From Balanoglossus misakiensis (Eukaryota; Animalia; Hemichordata): 64,000 bases of DNA. Shown piece by piece: positions 39,835 to 52,918 of the stretch. A program made the position numbers and the translations under genes. The notes beneath the pieces were generated by a model that worked only from the letters and a program-made list of their open reading frames with translations, was not told the DNA's origin and did not search any database. The stretch is taken from positions 2,635,344 to 2,699,343 of the forward strand of contig CM082584.2 in the NCBI GenBank assembly GCA_040954595.2. The letters run 5' to 3'. Position 1 is the stretch's first letter; each line of letters starts with the position of its first letter.

Positions 39835-42825
39835 AGGTGAAATTTCCGACTTTTCGAGTACACATCGTGATGGCGAAGGGTTCAGGAAGGTTAACCTTTT
39901 ACCTGAAGATGTCAACTGATGTTGGTTCGAGACCATTTTTTTTCTATTTTTTTTTTTGAGAACTTTAAACGACATTACCATTGTAATTTTTATCATTTTC
40001 ATAAATCCAATTCATTTCAATATCTACGCTGCGTGTTTTATCTGTCGGGTATAAGAAACATGCAGGGAAACTTGGTCATTTTTTGTCGCGGTTCACTTGG
40101 GCATGTCTGAATACGGAGTGCTCAGCAGAGAGAAAGATAAACTAGCTAAAACCGTGTCTTTCCGTCCGCATGACCAACCAAGGAGCGAAAACGTCGTTAT
40201 TTAGGCCGTAATAAAACGTTTTTGTCCCCGAGGAGTGAATAAAGAACGGTCAGACCGTTGCGGGGTAGGGAACTCTTCTTCGCACCGCTGCGGTGCAGGG
40301 AACTCGTATTGCCCGCTGCAGTGCAAATAAGATCATTGGAGTTATGCTGCAATATAGTGCGGAAAAATTCCGACTTTTTCGAGTACACATCGTGATGGCG
40401 AAGGGTTGAGGAAGGCTAGCCTTTTTACCTGAACGAGTCAACTGATGTTGGTTCGAGACCACTTTTTTTCTATTTTTTGTTGAGAGAACTTTTAACGACA
40501 TTGCAGTTGTAATTTTTATCATTTTCATAAATCCAATTCATTTCAATATCTACGCTGCGTTTTTTATCTGTCGGGTATAAGAAACATGCAGGGAAACTTG
40601 GTCATTTTTTGTCGCGGTTCACTTGGGCAAGTCTGAATACGGAGTACTCAGTAGAGAGAAAAATAAACTCGCTAAAACCGTGTCTTTCCGTCCGCATGAC
40701 CAACCAAGGAGCGAAAAAGTCGTTATTTAGGCCGTAATAAAACGTTTTTGTCCCCGAGGAGTGAATAAAGAACGGTCAGATCGTTGCGGGGTAGGGAACT
40801 CTTCTTCGCACCGCTGCGGTGCAGGTAACTCGTATTTGCACCGCTGCGGTGCAAATAAGATCATTGGAGTTATGCTGCAATATAGTGCGGAAAATTTCCG
40901 ACTTTTTCGAGTACACATCGTGATGTCGAATAGTTCAGGAAGGCTAGCCTTTTACCTGAAGGTGTCAACTGATGTTGGTTCGAGACCACATTTTTTTTCT
41001 ATTTCTTTTTTTGTGTGAAAATTTTTAACGACATTATCAGTGTAATTTACGTCATTTTCATAAAGCCAATTCATTGCAATATCAACGCTGCGTTTTTTAT
41101 CTGTCGGGTATAAGAAACATGCAGGGAAACATGGTCATATTTTTGTCGTGGTTCACTTGGGCAAGTCTGAATACGGAGTGTTCTGGAGAGAGAAAGATAA
41201 ACTCGCTAAAACCCTTTTTTTCCGTCCGCATGACCAACCAAGGAGCGAAAAAGTCGTTATTTAGGCCGTAATAAAACGTTTTTTCGCCGAGGAGTGAATA
41301 AAGAACGGTCAGATCGTTGCGGTGCAGAGAACTCTTATTTGCACCGCTGCGGTGCAAATAAGATCATTGGAGTTATGCTGCAATATAGTGCGGAAAATTT
41401 CCGACTTTTTCGAGTACACATCGTGATGGCGAATGGTTCAGGAAGGCTAGCCTTTTACCTGAAGGTGTCAACTGATGTCCGTTCGTGACCACTTTTTTTT
41501 CTTTTTTTTTTTTGTGAGAACTTTTAACGACATTACCATTGTAATTTTTATCATTTTCATAAATCCAATTCATTTCAATATCTACGCTGCGTTTTTTATC
41601 TGTCGGGTACAAGAAACATGCAGGGAAACTTGGTCATTTTTTGTCGTGGTTCACTTGGGCAAGTCTGAATACGGAGTGCTCAGCAGAGAGAAAAATAAAC
41701 TCGCTAAAACCGTGTCTTTCCGTCCGCATGACCAACCAAGGAGCGAAAAAGTCGTTATTTAGGCCGTAATAAAACATTTTTGTCGCCGAGGAGTGAATAA
41801 AGAACGGTCAGATCGTTGCGGGGTAGGAAACTCTTATTCGCACCGCTGCGGTGCAGGGAACTCGTATATGCATCGCTGCGGTGCAAATAAGATCATTGGA
41901 GTAATGCTGCAATATAGTGCGGAAAATTTCCAACTTTTTCGAGTACACATCGTGATGGCGAATGGTTTCAGGAAGGCTAGCCTTTTAGGCTGCATTCACA
42001 AACACCTCTGGAGGGGGGGGGGGCAGGAGAATTGAGGGGGGGGGTTTGAAAAAATTGAGGGTATGTGAGGGGGGGATTTGAAATAATTTAGGGACTGAAA
42101 GGGGGGGACTTAAAAACTTTAACGACTAAATATTTATTTTGAGTCCACAAAATTTTCTCATGTGGGAGGGGGACACCCCCTCCCACACCCACCCCTTCCA
42201 TTCATCAACACCTTTCAATCATTGACTGGTTTATCTAGTGTCCCAGGTCAGGGGACTTGCCCCACCCCATGATAACTTTGAGCGCCGACGGTTAAATTTG
42301 TCCTCCCCAACATACCGGTAGTTGAGTTTGCTTTTGCCGGGTTCATCAAAATGCAGCTTTGAGCTCTGTATTTTAGAAAATTTTCTTACGTGGGAGGGGG
42401 ACCCCGCCTCCCAAACCCACCCCCTTCAATTCTCGGTTTACGAAGTCTCCCAACACAGAATACAAATATATGTACTTACAAAATAAAAACAATGTTCAGT
42501 TTTAATACCCACTGATGAGGGGAAACATCAGTTTCAAATTCTTTTCATGGGAGCGCTGTTTTTCTTTTTACAAGATAGATAGGTGATGTGTTTTGCTCTG
42601 TGAAAGACAATGGGGGGGGATTTCAAAATTTTGGCAGTTCGGAAGGGGGGATTTGAAAATATTGGCAGTTCGGAAGGGGGGCATGTGAAAATTAGCGGTA
42701 AAAAAAATTGAATTCTCCCGCCCCCCCCCCCCCCTCCAGAGGTGTTTGTGAATGCAGCCTTACCTGAAGGTGTCAACTGATCTTGGTTCGAGACCACTTT
42801 TTTTCTATTTTTTGTGTGTGAGAAC
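39835..42825 (+). repeat. Tandem array of a ~500-530-bp unit (~4.3 copies), last copy split by a MITE
   Basis: ccgactttttcgagtacacatcgtgatg recurs near 39846, 40370, 40898, 41401 and 41930 (variant). Units hold variable numbers of gcaccgctgcggtgc palindromic subrepeats. Confidence 0.9.
41988..42759. mobile_element. PIF/Harbinger-like MITE
   Basis: TTA|ggctgcattcacaaacacctctggagggggg ... cccccctccagaggtgtttgtgaatgcagcc|TTA. Removal restores the repeat consensus ccttttacctgaagg. Confidence 0.85.
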
Positions 42826-45800
42826 AACACACCCTACTCATGCTAAGTTGTTACCAATTCCAGTTTCAGGACCCTGGGACCGACTGGGTATGGATATTGT
42901 GGGACCCCTCCCTAGAACTTATGATGGTCATAAATACATCTTAGTACTTACTCATTACTTTACTTCTTAGTACTTACTCATTACTTTACAAAGTTTTCAT
43001 TAGCATATCCATTACGTAATGCACGAGCTGAGACAGTTGCTAAGATCTTGTTTGATGAAGTAATTGCTACTTATGGAAGCCCCAGAGTTTTGCTGAGTAA
43101 TGAGGGATCGATTTTTTTTATCCCAGGTAGTTCACGAAACCTGCAAATATTTCAACATTCTGAGTAAAGTTTCTACCCCTTATCGTCCACAGACCAATGG
43201 CCTTACAGAACGTTTCAATGGTTGCCTAGTCGACATGCTGTCCATGTTTGTCGATAATAAACAGAAAGATTGGTATCGGTACCTAAGTTCAGTGCTTTTC
43301 GCGTATAGAGTTAGTCCTCAAGAGTCCAGTGGGTTCAGCCCGTATTATGTGTTATAAGGTCGGCATCCCACATTGCCCATGGATGTTGAATTCCAGCCAG
43401 TTGAGGGGAGGACAAGAAATATAGATACACACCTTAAACATTTAGCTGCTAAGAGGGAGATAGCTCATAAAATCGCCAAAGAGAATACAGATCGATATCA
43501 ACAGAATATGAAGGACCGTTATGATAAAAATATCCAACGGTCGCAAAATCTTAAAGTGGGGGATCCTGTATATTTATACACACCTCCTGTTAAACCAGCA
43601 GTTAATAAGAAATTCGTACATAAGTGCAGTTGTTTTCAGCGTACTATGCAACACGTGTTACGCAATATTATGTGGCAATATGTGCTTTGTTATATTGATG
43701 ATATTATTATATTAAGCAGCTCTTTTGAGGAGCATCTACAACACATTGATACCGTCCAAACCAGGTTACGTCAAGCTGGATTGAAATTAAAACCCAGCAA
43801 ATGTCAATTTATGAGAAAGAGTGTTAAATTTTGGGGTCATGTTATCAGTAAGCAGTAGGACAAACCTCCAAATTTAGCGACTTGCGTATGCGCAACTAAT
43901 TAGCTACTTAGTGTTTAGCTCCAACGCGCATGTGCGATATGACGTGTTGCCGGAAGCTGAACAAAGGTCACGTCATCTGACCAAGGTTATGTTATGGAAC
44001 ATCACATGGCGGTCGACGGTCTATCTTCTGTTGCGTGGATAATCGACCCAGTCTTTAATCCCGGGCAGGATAATGGAGCAACCATCAACGGTAATACATT
44101 TTCATGATAATTTGAATTGGTCGTAGTGTGTTTAGAACATGCATTGATTGTGTTTTTTGTATTATCTGGAAGAAATGGAGTGTCATCGAAATGAAATGCC
44201 AGTGTGTACATACACTGTGTTCGCGGAACTTTGACATGCGAACACCATACCGTCACTAGGAGCAACTTTTCACACGTTTCTAAGTCCGGTTGAATAGCAT
44301 TACACACAGTTTTCGCCATAGTTATAGCCTGAAATACCTGGGTGTACGTTGATAAACAAAGCATGTGATCAGATAATTACCATGACCATGTCAGCATCAT
44401 CCAGTGAGCAAAGTTGTTTGTCCGCATCATCATATACTAGTATTTGAACATAATAACCTTGTTGACGCTGTTCACATATTTATATTTACACCTTATTATT
44501 TACTGCATGTGTGTCAAGCGCATTAACAACGTCTTTACACTTTTCACCTTCAGTCAAATGAAAAGACACCAGACAGGAATAGTGAAGTGGGGAATAAGAA
44601 GACTTACGGCAAGAAGAAGTTAAAGATAGAATATTTAGTGAACAGCGACGCCGTCTAAATTATGCTAGCAAACACATTTACATGAGTAGAATCAATGATG
44701 GGGGAAGGGGGCTGATCAAAAATGAATCAAGAGACCATATTTTTTATTAAAAGTTGAAATATTTATTCATGTTTATACACACTTATTTGTTTGTTTGTTG
44801 CCAGGTTTTAAGAAATAAAGATTTAAATATATTCATTTCTGTACATCATGTGTTTGTGTAATTTATTGAGAACAATGGAATTCAGAAAGGGCTTCATAGT
44901 CTCTGTGTAATGTAAATAGCAACTGAACCACACATTACTAACATGAAATGAAACTAGAAATGCAGTTGACAGAAGGCTACCATCATAGTACTGTTTTAAA
45001 TCATAACATCTCACTTGAGGAGGTAACCAAAGTTGTTAATCACTCCAAACTTAGGAAAACTGTAGGAAGTGATAAATTACCATATCAGGTTTTCAAAAAT
45101 CACGTTGATAACTTGGCCACTAGGACCACGTGTAGTTGGACCTGTTGGGGAAGAAAGAGGCACGGTTCAGAAAGCAACGTCACCTACCCGATCCTTTCAA
45201 AACATTGGAAAACAAGTTCAATTGAAATAGGTACATGCATGTACCTATACCCGTACACGTGAAAACGCGCTTTGACAAATCTAGCACACCGGAAGTGAGC
45301 AAACCATTCGCAAAAACGGTCCTCCATTGTCCCCCATTAGATAATCTGCTGTTTGAAGACATTGTTTCATTCAACATGACTTAAACTAGGTATAGAAGGT
45401 TCAGATCGATGGTTTTTAAACTGGTACGTTCTATTGCTTGTTATGTCGATTCGAATCATGGCGGGCAAATGGTCACACGGACATCGATTTTCATGAAATT
45501 CGACTGAATTTTTTTACTTACCCTGTTTACACGACACCATGCTGGAAGGGAGGGTGTGACGTACAAGTTCAAACCGAAATTACCCGAAAGTCGATGTACA
45601 TAACATCAAAAGCAGGCCGATAACATCCAAGAGCGAACTTCGACAAATACTTCCGCATTTCCATGCCAGGGACGTCAGTATATGCAAATACAGGGTGTGA
45701 GCATGCGCAGACATATTGTAGGCAGTCGCTAAATTTGGAGGTTTGTCCTACTGGTAAGGATGGAATTGCGGCTGACAAGAGTAAAGTAACAGTTGTTAAA

Positions 45801-46010
45801 GAATATCCCCGTCCTCATACTGTCACACAGTTGAAATAATTTTTGGGTTGGCCCAATTATTTTAGAAAGTTTATAAAGAATTTCTCGATCATTGCTAGGC
45901 CTATACATAAATTGTTGGGAAAGGACACGAAATTTGAATGAGATGATAGATGCGAACATGCATTCGAGAAATTAAAACATGTTCTGTGTCAAGCACCAAT
46001 TCTAGGGTAT
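42826..46010 (+). mobile_element. Rearranged Gypsy pol fragments: integrase core fused to RT C-terminus/RNase H connection
   Basis: PWDRLGMDIVGPLP, YRPQTNGLTERFN, then abruptly FQRTMQHVL..CYIDDII..KLKPSKC..GHVISK. After the TIR insertion it continues DGIAADKSKV..FLG..NYFRKFIKNFS.IA.PL..AFEKLK..L..APIL. Confidence 0.85.
43853..45753. mobile_element. 1.9-kb non-autonomous TIR element with 5-bp TSD (unclassified)
   Basis: GTAAG|cagtaggacaaacctccaaatttagcgact ... agtcgctaaatttggaggtttgtcctactg|GTAAG. Removal restores Gypsy GHVISK-DGI. Contains a LINE RT scrap at ~44990-45110 (LNHNISLEEV..K..G.D.LPY.VFKN). Confidence 0.85.
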
Positions 46011-47235
46011 CATTTTCATAATTTGTGGTTTCTGGGACACCGTTTTCTTCACACGACTCATCAGATGAGGATGAGTCAAAGTCGGAGTGGTGCAAATAAG
46101 CTCTTTTTAGTCTATTCACATGTATGACTTTGCGATAATTCCTGGTGCTATATATGAAACGTAACTTGTAATTAACAGGACCCACCTTCACAGAAATAAT
46201 GTAAGGACCTGTCCATGGGACTATTTCGCAACCCCTGGGCAAGTCTCCTGTATTGATATAAACCTTGATGTGTGACAAAGGCTGTTTTTGGTGTACTCTC
46301 TTCATCTAATTCCAATTGAAAAAATCCTGACTGTAAGTCTAGCGTCGAAAAATACTGAGGCTTATTCTTGCCTAACATTTCAAGATATTCGTCCGTTCTG
46401 GGTAAGGGAAACGAATCAGGCACTGTAATATTTTTTAAATGACGGAAATCTGTGCAAAAACGCCACGAACCATCAGGCTTTTTGACTAAAATTATTGGAC
46501 TAGCAATCGGTGAAGTAGACGACTCGATAATATTTAGTTCTAACAGCTGATCAACTTGTCGCTCAAGTTCACGTCTTTTCTCAAGCGTTACTCGGTAAGG
46601 TCGACGGAACGGGGCAGCGCCCTCTTGTAATCGTATTCTATGTTTGATTACATCACAGTTACCTAAACGACCACTAGACTCAACAAAAGCTTCTATATTG
46701 TGCAGTAAAACATCTCTAAGCTGTTTACGCTGAGCCTTAGTTATCTCTAATTCATTAAGCTTCAATTGACCCATCAAATAATCCGTCTCTTTCTGTGTAT
46801 GGGGCCCTTCAGGTGAGACACAATTAATGGCATTATTATCGAGTGGGATTATTCGACTATTACAGGGCAAGGGCGAAAACTTTCCAACAACACTGTTTTT
46901 CTTAATTTTGACCACTGTATCCAAAGTGTTTACAACTCGCATGGGAAGAAAATTCTTATCCGAATAGGCCAACACCTTAGCTGCCAAAATAGCCGGCGTT
47001 AATCGTGTTCGTTTATCAGAAATAAAATCTAAAACTCCAGTAAAATATTTATACGGCACTTTCACTGGAATAACCATTTCACTTCCAGGTGATCCATGGA
47101 GACACGTACCTGATCCACGTTCATTTATTATCCATAATTATTATAGTACATCAAATACGCCTAGTAAAGTACATGAGGAAGGGAACGAACTCAATAGCCT
47201 GAGGTACTCCCATCTCCCGTTAGATTATTCTCTTC
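46005..47235 (-). mobile_element. Inverted mosaic of Gypsy pieces (LTR fragment, RT N-terminus, linker, integrase C-terminus)
   Basis: ORF 46172-47077 has RT motifs SPIILVKKPDGSWRFCTDFR, FSTLDLQSGFFQ, TAF. ORF 45901-46305 has WTGPY..YKL..HVNRLK. 47092-47235 is the reverse complement of LTR sequence ~49622-49762. Confidence 0.85.
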
Positions 47236-47284
47236 CATCTTTGGAAACAAGGGGAAATCAGCTGGTTAATTAGATTGTGTTAGA

Positions 47285-49777
47285 CAGGTTGTGATAACTA
47301 AGTCCTCAAGAAATTATGTGCTGCGGTGGGCTCATGATTGTGTTTTAGCGGGACATTTAGGATACACTAAAACGTTGGGAGTTTTAAGACAGAGGTATTT
47401 TTGGGAAAGGATGCCCCGGGATGTTGACATGTACGTAAAGACATGCGCACATTGTCACACACGAAAGAGAGCCACACCCCCTACTCATGCTAAGTTGTTA
47501 CCTATTCCAGTATCAGGACCCTGGGACCGACTGGGTATGGATATTGTGGGACCCCTCCCTAGAACTTATGATGGCCATAAATACATCTTAGTACTTACTC
47601 ATTACTTTACTAAGTTTCCAGTAGCATATCCATTACGTAATGCACGAGCTGACAGTTGCTAAGATCTTGTTTGATGAAGTAATTGCTACTTATGGAAGCC
47701 CCAGAGTTTTGCTGAGTAATGAGGGATCGAATTTTTTTATCCCAGGTAGTTCACGAAACTTGCAAATATTTCAACATCCAGAGTAAAGTTTCTACCCCTT
47801 ATCGTCCACAGACCAATGGCCTTACAGAACGTTTCAATGGTTGCCTAGTCGACATGCTGTCCATGTTTGTTGATAGTAAACAGAAAGATTGGGATCGGTA
47901 CCTAAGTTCAGTGCTTTTCGCGTATAGAGTTAGTCCTCAAGAGTCCAGTGGGTTCAGCCCGTATTATGTGTTATAAGGTCGGCATCCCACATTGCCCATG
48001 GATGTTGAATTCCAGCCAGTTGAGGGGAGGACAAGAAATATAGATACACACCTTAAACATTTAGCTGCTAAGAGGGAGATAGCTCATAAAATCGCCAAAG
48101 AGAATATAGGTCGACAGAATATGAAGGACCGTTATGATCAAAATATCCAACGGTCACAAAATCTTAAAGTGGGGGATCCTGTATATTTATACACACCTGA
48201 TGTTAAACCAGGAGTTAATAAGAAATTCGTACATAAGTGGACAGGTCCTAGCATTATTTCTGAGAAGGCGGGTCCTGTTAATTACAAGTTACGTTTCATC
48301 AATAGCACCAGGAATTATCGTAAAGGCATACATGTGAATAGGCTAAAAAGAGCTTATTTGCGCCCCTCAGAGTTTGACTCATCCTCACCAGATACCAAAA
48401 ATTATGAAAATGGGACCGAAATATGTCAAAGTCCTAAAGCAGACATAAATGAATCAGAGAATGGTTCTGATCAAATTGAGGGATTGGAATTGAGAGATTT
48501 GTCGTCAAGGACAAATCCCAGTGAAATTGGGAATGAAACTAATAACAATTGAAATTGTCAGAACAAAGCTTCTGAGCCATTTACGAAATAGAAAATGTGT
48601 TGAAGGGTCGACATAGAAATGGGAAATTACAGTATTTGGTTAAGTGGAAGAATAATTCAACCAAACATAATACGTGGGAGGATGAAGACAATTTGAATGA
48701 AATTGCAAAAGAGTATTTGATGAGAAATCCTGTAAAGATAAATGGGAAACGGGTTATAGCACACTTGCACATTTAAATCTATGGACAGAGAAATATGCGC
48801 GTAACAAAAAAAACACGGAAAATGGAGACACGTGGTTGACTGAAATGAGAGTTTGAACACGACTGAGAGGTATGAGTGTTGGCCAGTCTGTATGAGTGAG
48901 AATACGATTGGCGTGTCCCTTGATTCGTTTAAATGTTACGCAAGTTGTCGAATGACATTTTTTATCCGTTGTTTGCTGAGTTTAGTTGTATGTGCTATGC
49001 AACCTGGTTCCCGTGTCACTCTGTTTAAATGTGTTGATGTATTTAAGTTATAAAGAAATTACCAGTGAAGTTTGAAGTTGCAGAGATTTTAACACTGGAG
49101 AAAAATATTTTGAGTTGAATTTTTCGTTCGTTTGATGACCTAAATAGTTGGCCCAGTTTGTGTAAATAGTCCCTTGTAATGGCTATGTGTTTGTATAAAG
49201 AAACCACAGAGATAACCGATTTAGCAAGTTGTATTTTATTGCATTATCTTCTTAATTAAGAAACTTGTGTCCAATGCGGGACGCATTGCTTTAAAACAAG
49301 GGGAGTGTTATGATCTGTACAAAGGTCAAATATGATTTTAAGGGTCAATTATACTTAAAGCTCGGGAATGTCAATGATTGATAGTATTTTTATTTTATGT
49401 ATTTGAAGTAGATAGGGGAGCTGGTGTTTAATTGACTGCTCTGAGTGTCAATCATCATCGAACTGACTTTATTATATAACGCTCTATGTAATTTGGTACG
49501 TATATAGTTGAATTGATGCCTAATGAAATTGTAACACATTGTATTTGTGATATTTGACATGATTAACCACGCCTTGAGAAAAGTAATTATAAGAGAACTT
49601 TGTTTGCAAAGTTGGGGGAGGAGAATAATCTAACGGGAGATGTATGTACCTCAGGCTACTGAGCTCGTTTCCTTCCTCACATACTTAACTGGACATATTT
49701 GATGTACTGGAGTAATTCTCGACAATAAATGAACGTGAATCAGATACGTGTCTCCGTGGATCACTGTTCTCGTCACA
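47285..49777 (+). mobile_element. 3' part of a Gypsy LTR retrotransposon: integrase (HHCC, DDE, GPY), chromodomain, PPT and 3' LTR
   Basis: H..GHLG..C..C zinc finger; DIVGPLP; NG..ERFN; WTGP. Chromodomain-like YEIENVLKGRHRNGKLQYLVKWKN..HNTWEDEDNL (~48580-48700). PPT aaaacaaggggag at ~49293-49305. Multiple stops/frameshifts. Confidence 0.9.
49306..49777 (+). repeat. Gypsy 3' LTR (472 bp)
   Basis: Begins TGTTATGA right after the PPT and ends TCGTCACA; AATAAA at ~49724. Confidence 0.8.
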
Positions 49778-49799
49778 GGCCGTTACCTCATCGCTACAA

Positions 49800-50800
49800 T
49801 GTCCCTGATGTATGAACCACAATAATATTCCTGCGGTAGTACGACTCTGAAAAGTATGCACTACTGATCTTACTTGACCTCTCCGCCGCATTCGATTCCA
49901 TTGATCACGGGATACTTATTCGTAGACTATCGAACCTTGGCATTACAGACACAGTATTAACATGGTTTAACATCTTACATTCAAAATAGATACCAAACTG
50001 TAATCATCGAAAACACTGCAAGTTCACATTCACCTATCGTATTGGGCCTACGCGGCTCTGTCCTTGGCCCTCTGTTCTTCGCCATTTATATAGCCCCACT
50101 TTGTAAACTGAATCGTCACCACAACCACAATTTCATCAGTACGCCGATGATAAACTACTATACCTTGCTTTTTCTCCGCAAGATCCACCCTCTATCGTCC
50201 AATCTCTGGAGATCTGCATCGAAGGCATGGATGACACTGAATAAACTACAGCTAAACAAAACCGAAGTCGTTGATATTCGCTCATCTTCTTGATCCTATT
50301 CCATCCTCCAACATGGGCTCTGCATCCATCTCTCTGGTAACAGCAACGTGTAATCTGGGAGCTGTCTTTGATAGTATCCATATTTATAACCAGCCCATCA
50401 AGAATACATGTATGTCCACGTTTTTTTATCGTCGACACATCGGATCAATACGAAAGTACCTATCTTCTAAGGATTGAATTCGTGTAGTTCTTTCCACCAA
50501 ACTTGAATGCTTCAATTCGTTACTGTTTGGTCTTCCTCAATCTGCAGTAAATCTACTTCAGTGATTACAAAACACAGCAGCAAATATCATCACCCGGTCG
50601 AAGAAGTTTGAACACATCACTCTTGCCCTCATCACTCTGGATTGGCTACCAGTTTGTGCCAGGATTGATTACAAGATATTGCTTCTTAAATACAATGCCA
50701 TTCATGGCCTTACCCTGGAGTACATCAATGCCATTCATGGCCTTACCCTGGAGTACATTTCTAACATGGTTAATCGATTTACCCCTTCACACAACTTATA
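49800..50800 (+). mobile_element. Degraded L2-like LINE RT
   Basis: Across frames: [57 protein letters not shown]. Confidence 0.75.
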
Positions 50801-51174
50801 GTGTCTGTGTTATGCCCTTACACACAACACGCATAATCACTCTTTTGTGGTGCAGTTGAAGTTTGTTGCCGTCTAGAATCTCATATGAGGTAATATGCTT
50901 TAATATTTTCAAGCAAAAGTGCAGGGTGGCCGTGTAATCCAAATCCAGCCCAGTCGACTTTTTTTCGCCTTTCCGAACTTCAAGTTAGAATCGCTCGGTG
51001 ATTATTTCCCGCCAAATATGCTAATTTTTACCTGAGAGGTCTTATATCCGCAACCAAATACCCTCGCTAGCCGTTTATAACCTCTAAACGATGCCCAAAC
51101 CATACCATACCATATTACCGTGTTTCATGTATAGTCAACTTTCTAGAAGATTGTTTTGACAGCGGAAGATAATT

Positions 51175-51290
51175 AGGGGTTATTACACTAAATTTGGTCG
51201 ATAACGCGTCGTATTCGAGTGATGTCCGTTGCTTTGCACGATATACGGACATCACTCGCGTTATCGACCAAAATTCGTGTAATAACCCCT
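51175..51290. repeat. Long fold-back palindrome, probably part of a non-autonomous element
   Basis: aggggttattacac..aatttggtcgataacgcg ... cgcgttatcgaccaaaatt..gtgtaataacccct. Confidence 0.7.
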
Positions 51291-52219
51291 TTATCATACA
51301 TGCCTACCTATAAAACAATACAATTTGCGAAAATGCGTCGAGAAAAACAATTTCACGGCCAGAAATTTGAACCGGGCGCCCTTGGATCACGGCAGGCACC
51401 CATAGCCAAGTGAGACAGGGCGATGCGATCAGGTGATCAACGTGTAGGCCGTAGTATTATTCTCAGGGGGCTGGCAGCTTTCATTACGATGGGCACATCT
51501 GCATTCTAAATACAATTGGCTACGTTCTCTTTCAAAATATCATGTTAACGATTATTTCGCATTGAGAATTCCGAAGAAGTAAATGTGATACATTCAACAT
51601 GACAAAAAACTCCAGCTTTGAAAACTTTATTACAGCTTCTAATAACCCAATTTTACAACATCCCTCTCCACTAAAGTCCTATGCCCCGTACGTCGCTCGC
51701 GCGCGCAGCGAACTATCACGCCGATCACCTAGTCAACGCTGTGTGATGATTTCAGCGCATTCTCCTAAATAGTTCAAGACGGGGTATATCACTGAGTGAA
51801 ATACCTACCGTATAATACAGTCGCATCGATGACCCATATTAGGAGTTGCTTATTAGCATAAAAATTAACATATCGTTAATATGTAGAACGCGATCTGACA
51901 AATGACTTCTTTGGAAATACGTCTTTTCCCGCTCTTTGGTATGAAAATTACGACCTTTTTATTCAAATGTAATTTTGGGGTGAAATACGCTGGGGATATC
52001 CCGTCAATTAAAAACACGAAAGTACGAGTCAAACTTGCTTCCGGGTCAATAAGAAAACATTTCACCAGTGCTTTTTAAAAATAATAAATTTTGATTTCGG
52101 CGCCTACACTATTTTTGACGACAGCGACACAACAAGCCCCGCACAACCGAAAAAGCAGGCGAGCGAACACCATCACCAGGTCATCGTGTCACAATACTAT
52201 ACTCTTCAGAGAATGCCTT

Positions 52220-52345
52220 CACTCATCGTACACCAAGTACTGGCAGTGGCGATGCACCACTATAAAGGTGCACTTACTGTCGGTGCTTGGTATCGCCTTC
52301 TGCGGGAGAAATCCAACCCATACGATCAGAACGCTGTCAAACCTC
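52220..52345 (+). pseudogene. HIRAN-domain-like coding fragment
   Basis: VAMHHYKGALTVGAWYRLLREKSNPYDQNAVK resembles the HIRAN core (G..Y...L.REp.NpyD.NAv). Confidence 0.5.
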
Positions 52346-52698
52346 AAGTGACATTTGGCTTATGCTCTTGGACAAAGTTTCATGTACTTCGTCATGATGA
52401 GTCTGGAGTTTTTAAACCGTTATTTTCGATCAAGGTAGGGAATAATTGGTATTTGTGTATGGATTAATTATTGATCTAGAAGCATCGGGGGAATCGGCCA
52501 GATAACCTGACAGTAAAACGGTGAAATCAAATGAAAATTCTGCAACTTGAACCGCCGGTGATGTTTACGTCGAAGCGCTTTATATTGTGGTAGGTTTACA
52601 AATTATATCCCGGACATCTGTCATATACACATGGTGTTATTTATGTTATACAGTTTCTTCAGTCACCGAGTATAGTTAATTTGTCTTAACTCATATTT

Positions 52699-52918
52699 CA
52701 GTGTTTCATTTAGGATGGCATCAACAGGGGGGATACGTCCCCCATTGCCAGAATATTTAGGGGGGTTTCCACTCTCCAAGGCAGACTGTAATATCTCCAA
52801 CATGTACACAGCATCATTTTAAGGGGCATTGCCCCCCCCCCCCCCCATGACAAGTTCCTAAGGGGTGCTATCATGTCAACAAGGGGGTGAATCCCCCCTC
52901 CCCCTAGATGAAACACTG
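52699..52918. mobile_element. hAT-like MITE
   Basis: cagtgtttcat(t)tag ... ctagatgaaacactg with G/C-run interior; TSD imperfect. Confidence 0.55.

Noticed and set aside
39799-42035. Many 60-95 aa ORFs in the ~525-bp array
   Set aside because: They recur only because the DNA is repeated; no domain signal and frames are not conserved between units.
51355-51420. tRNA/SINE-like sequence on the minus strand (ggttcaaat B-box-like)
   Set aside because: No convincing cloverleaf or A-box; too degenerate to call.
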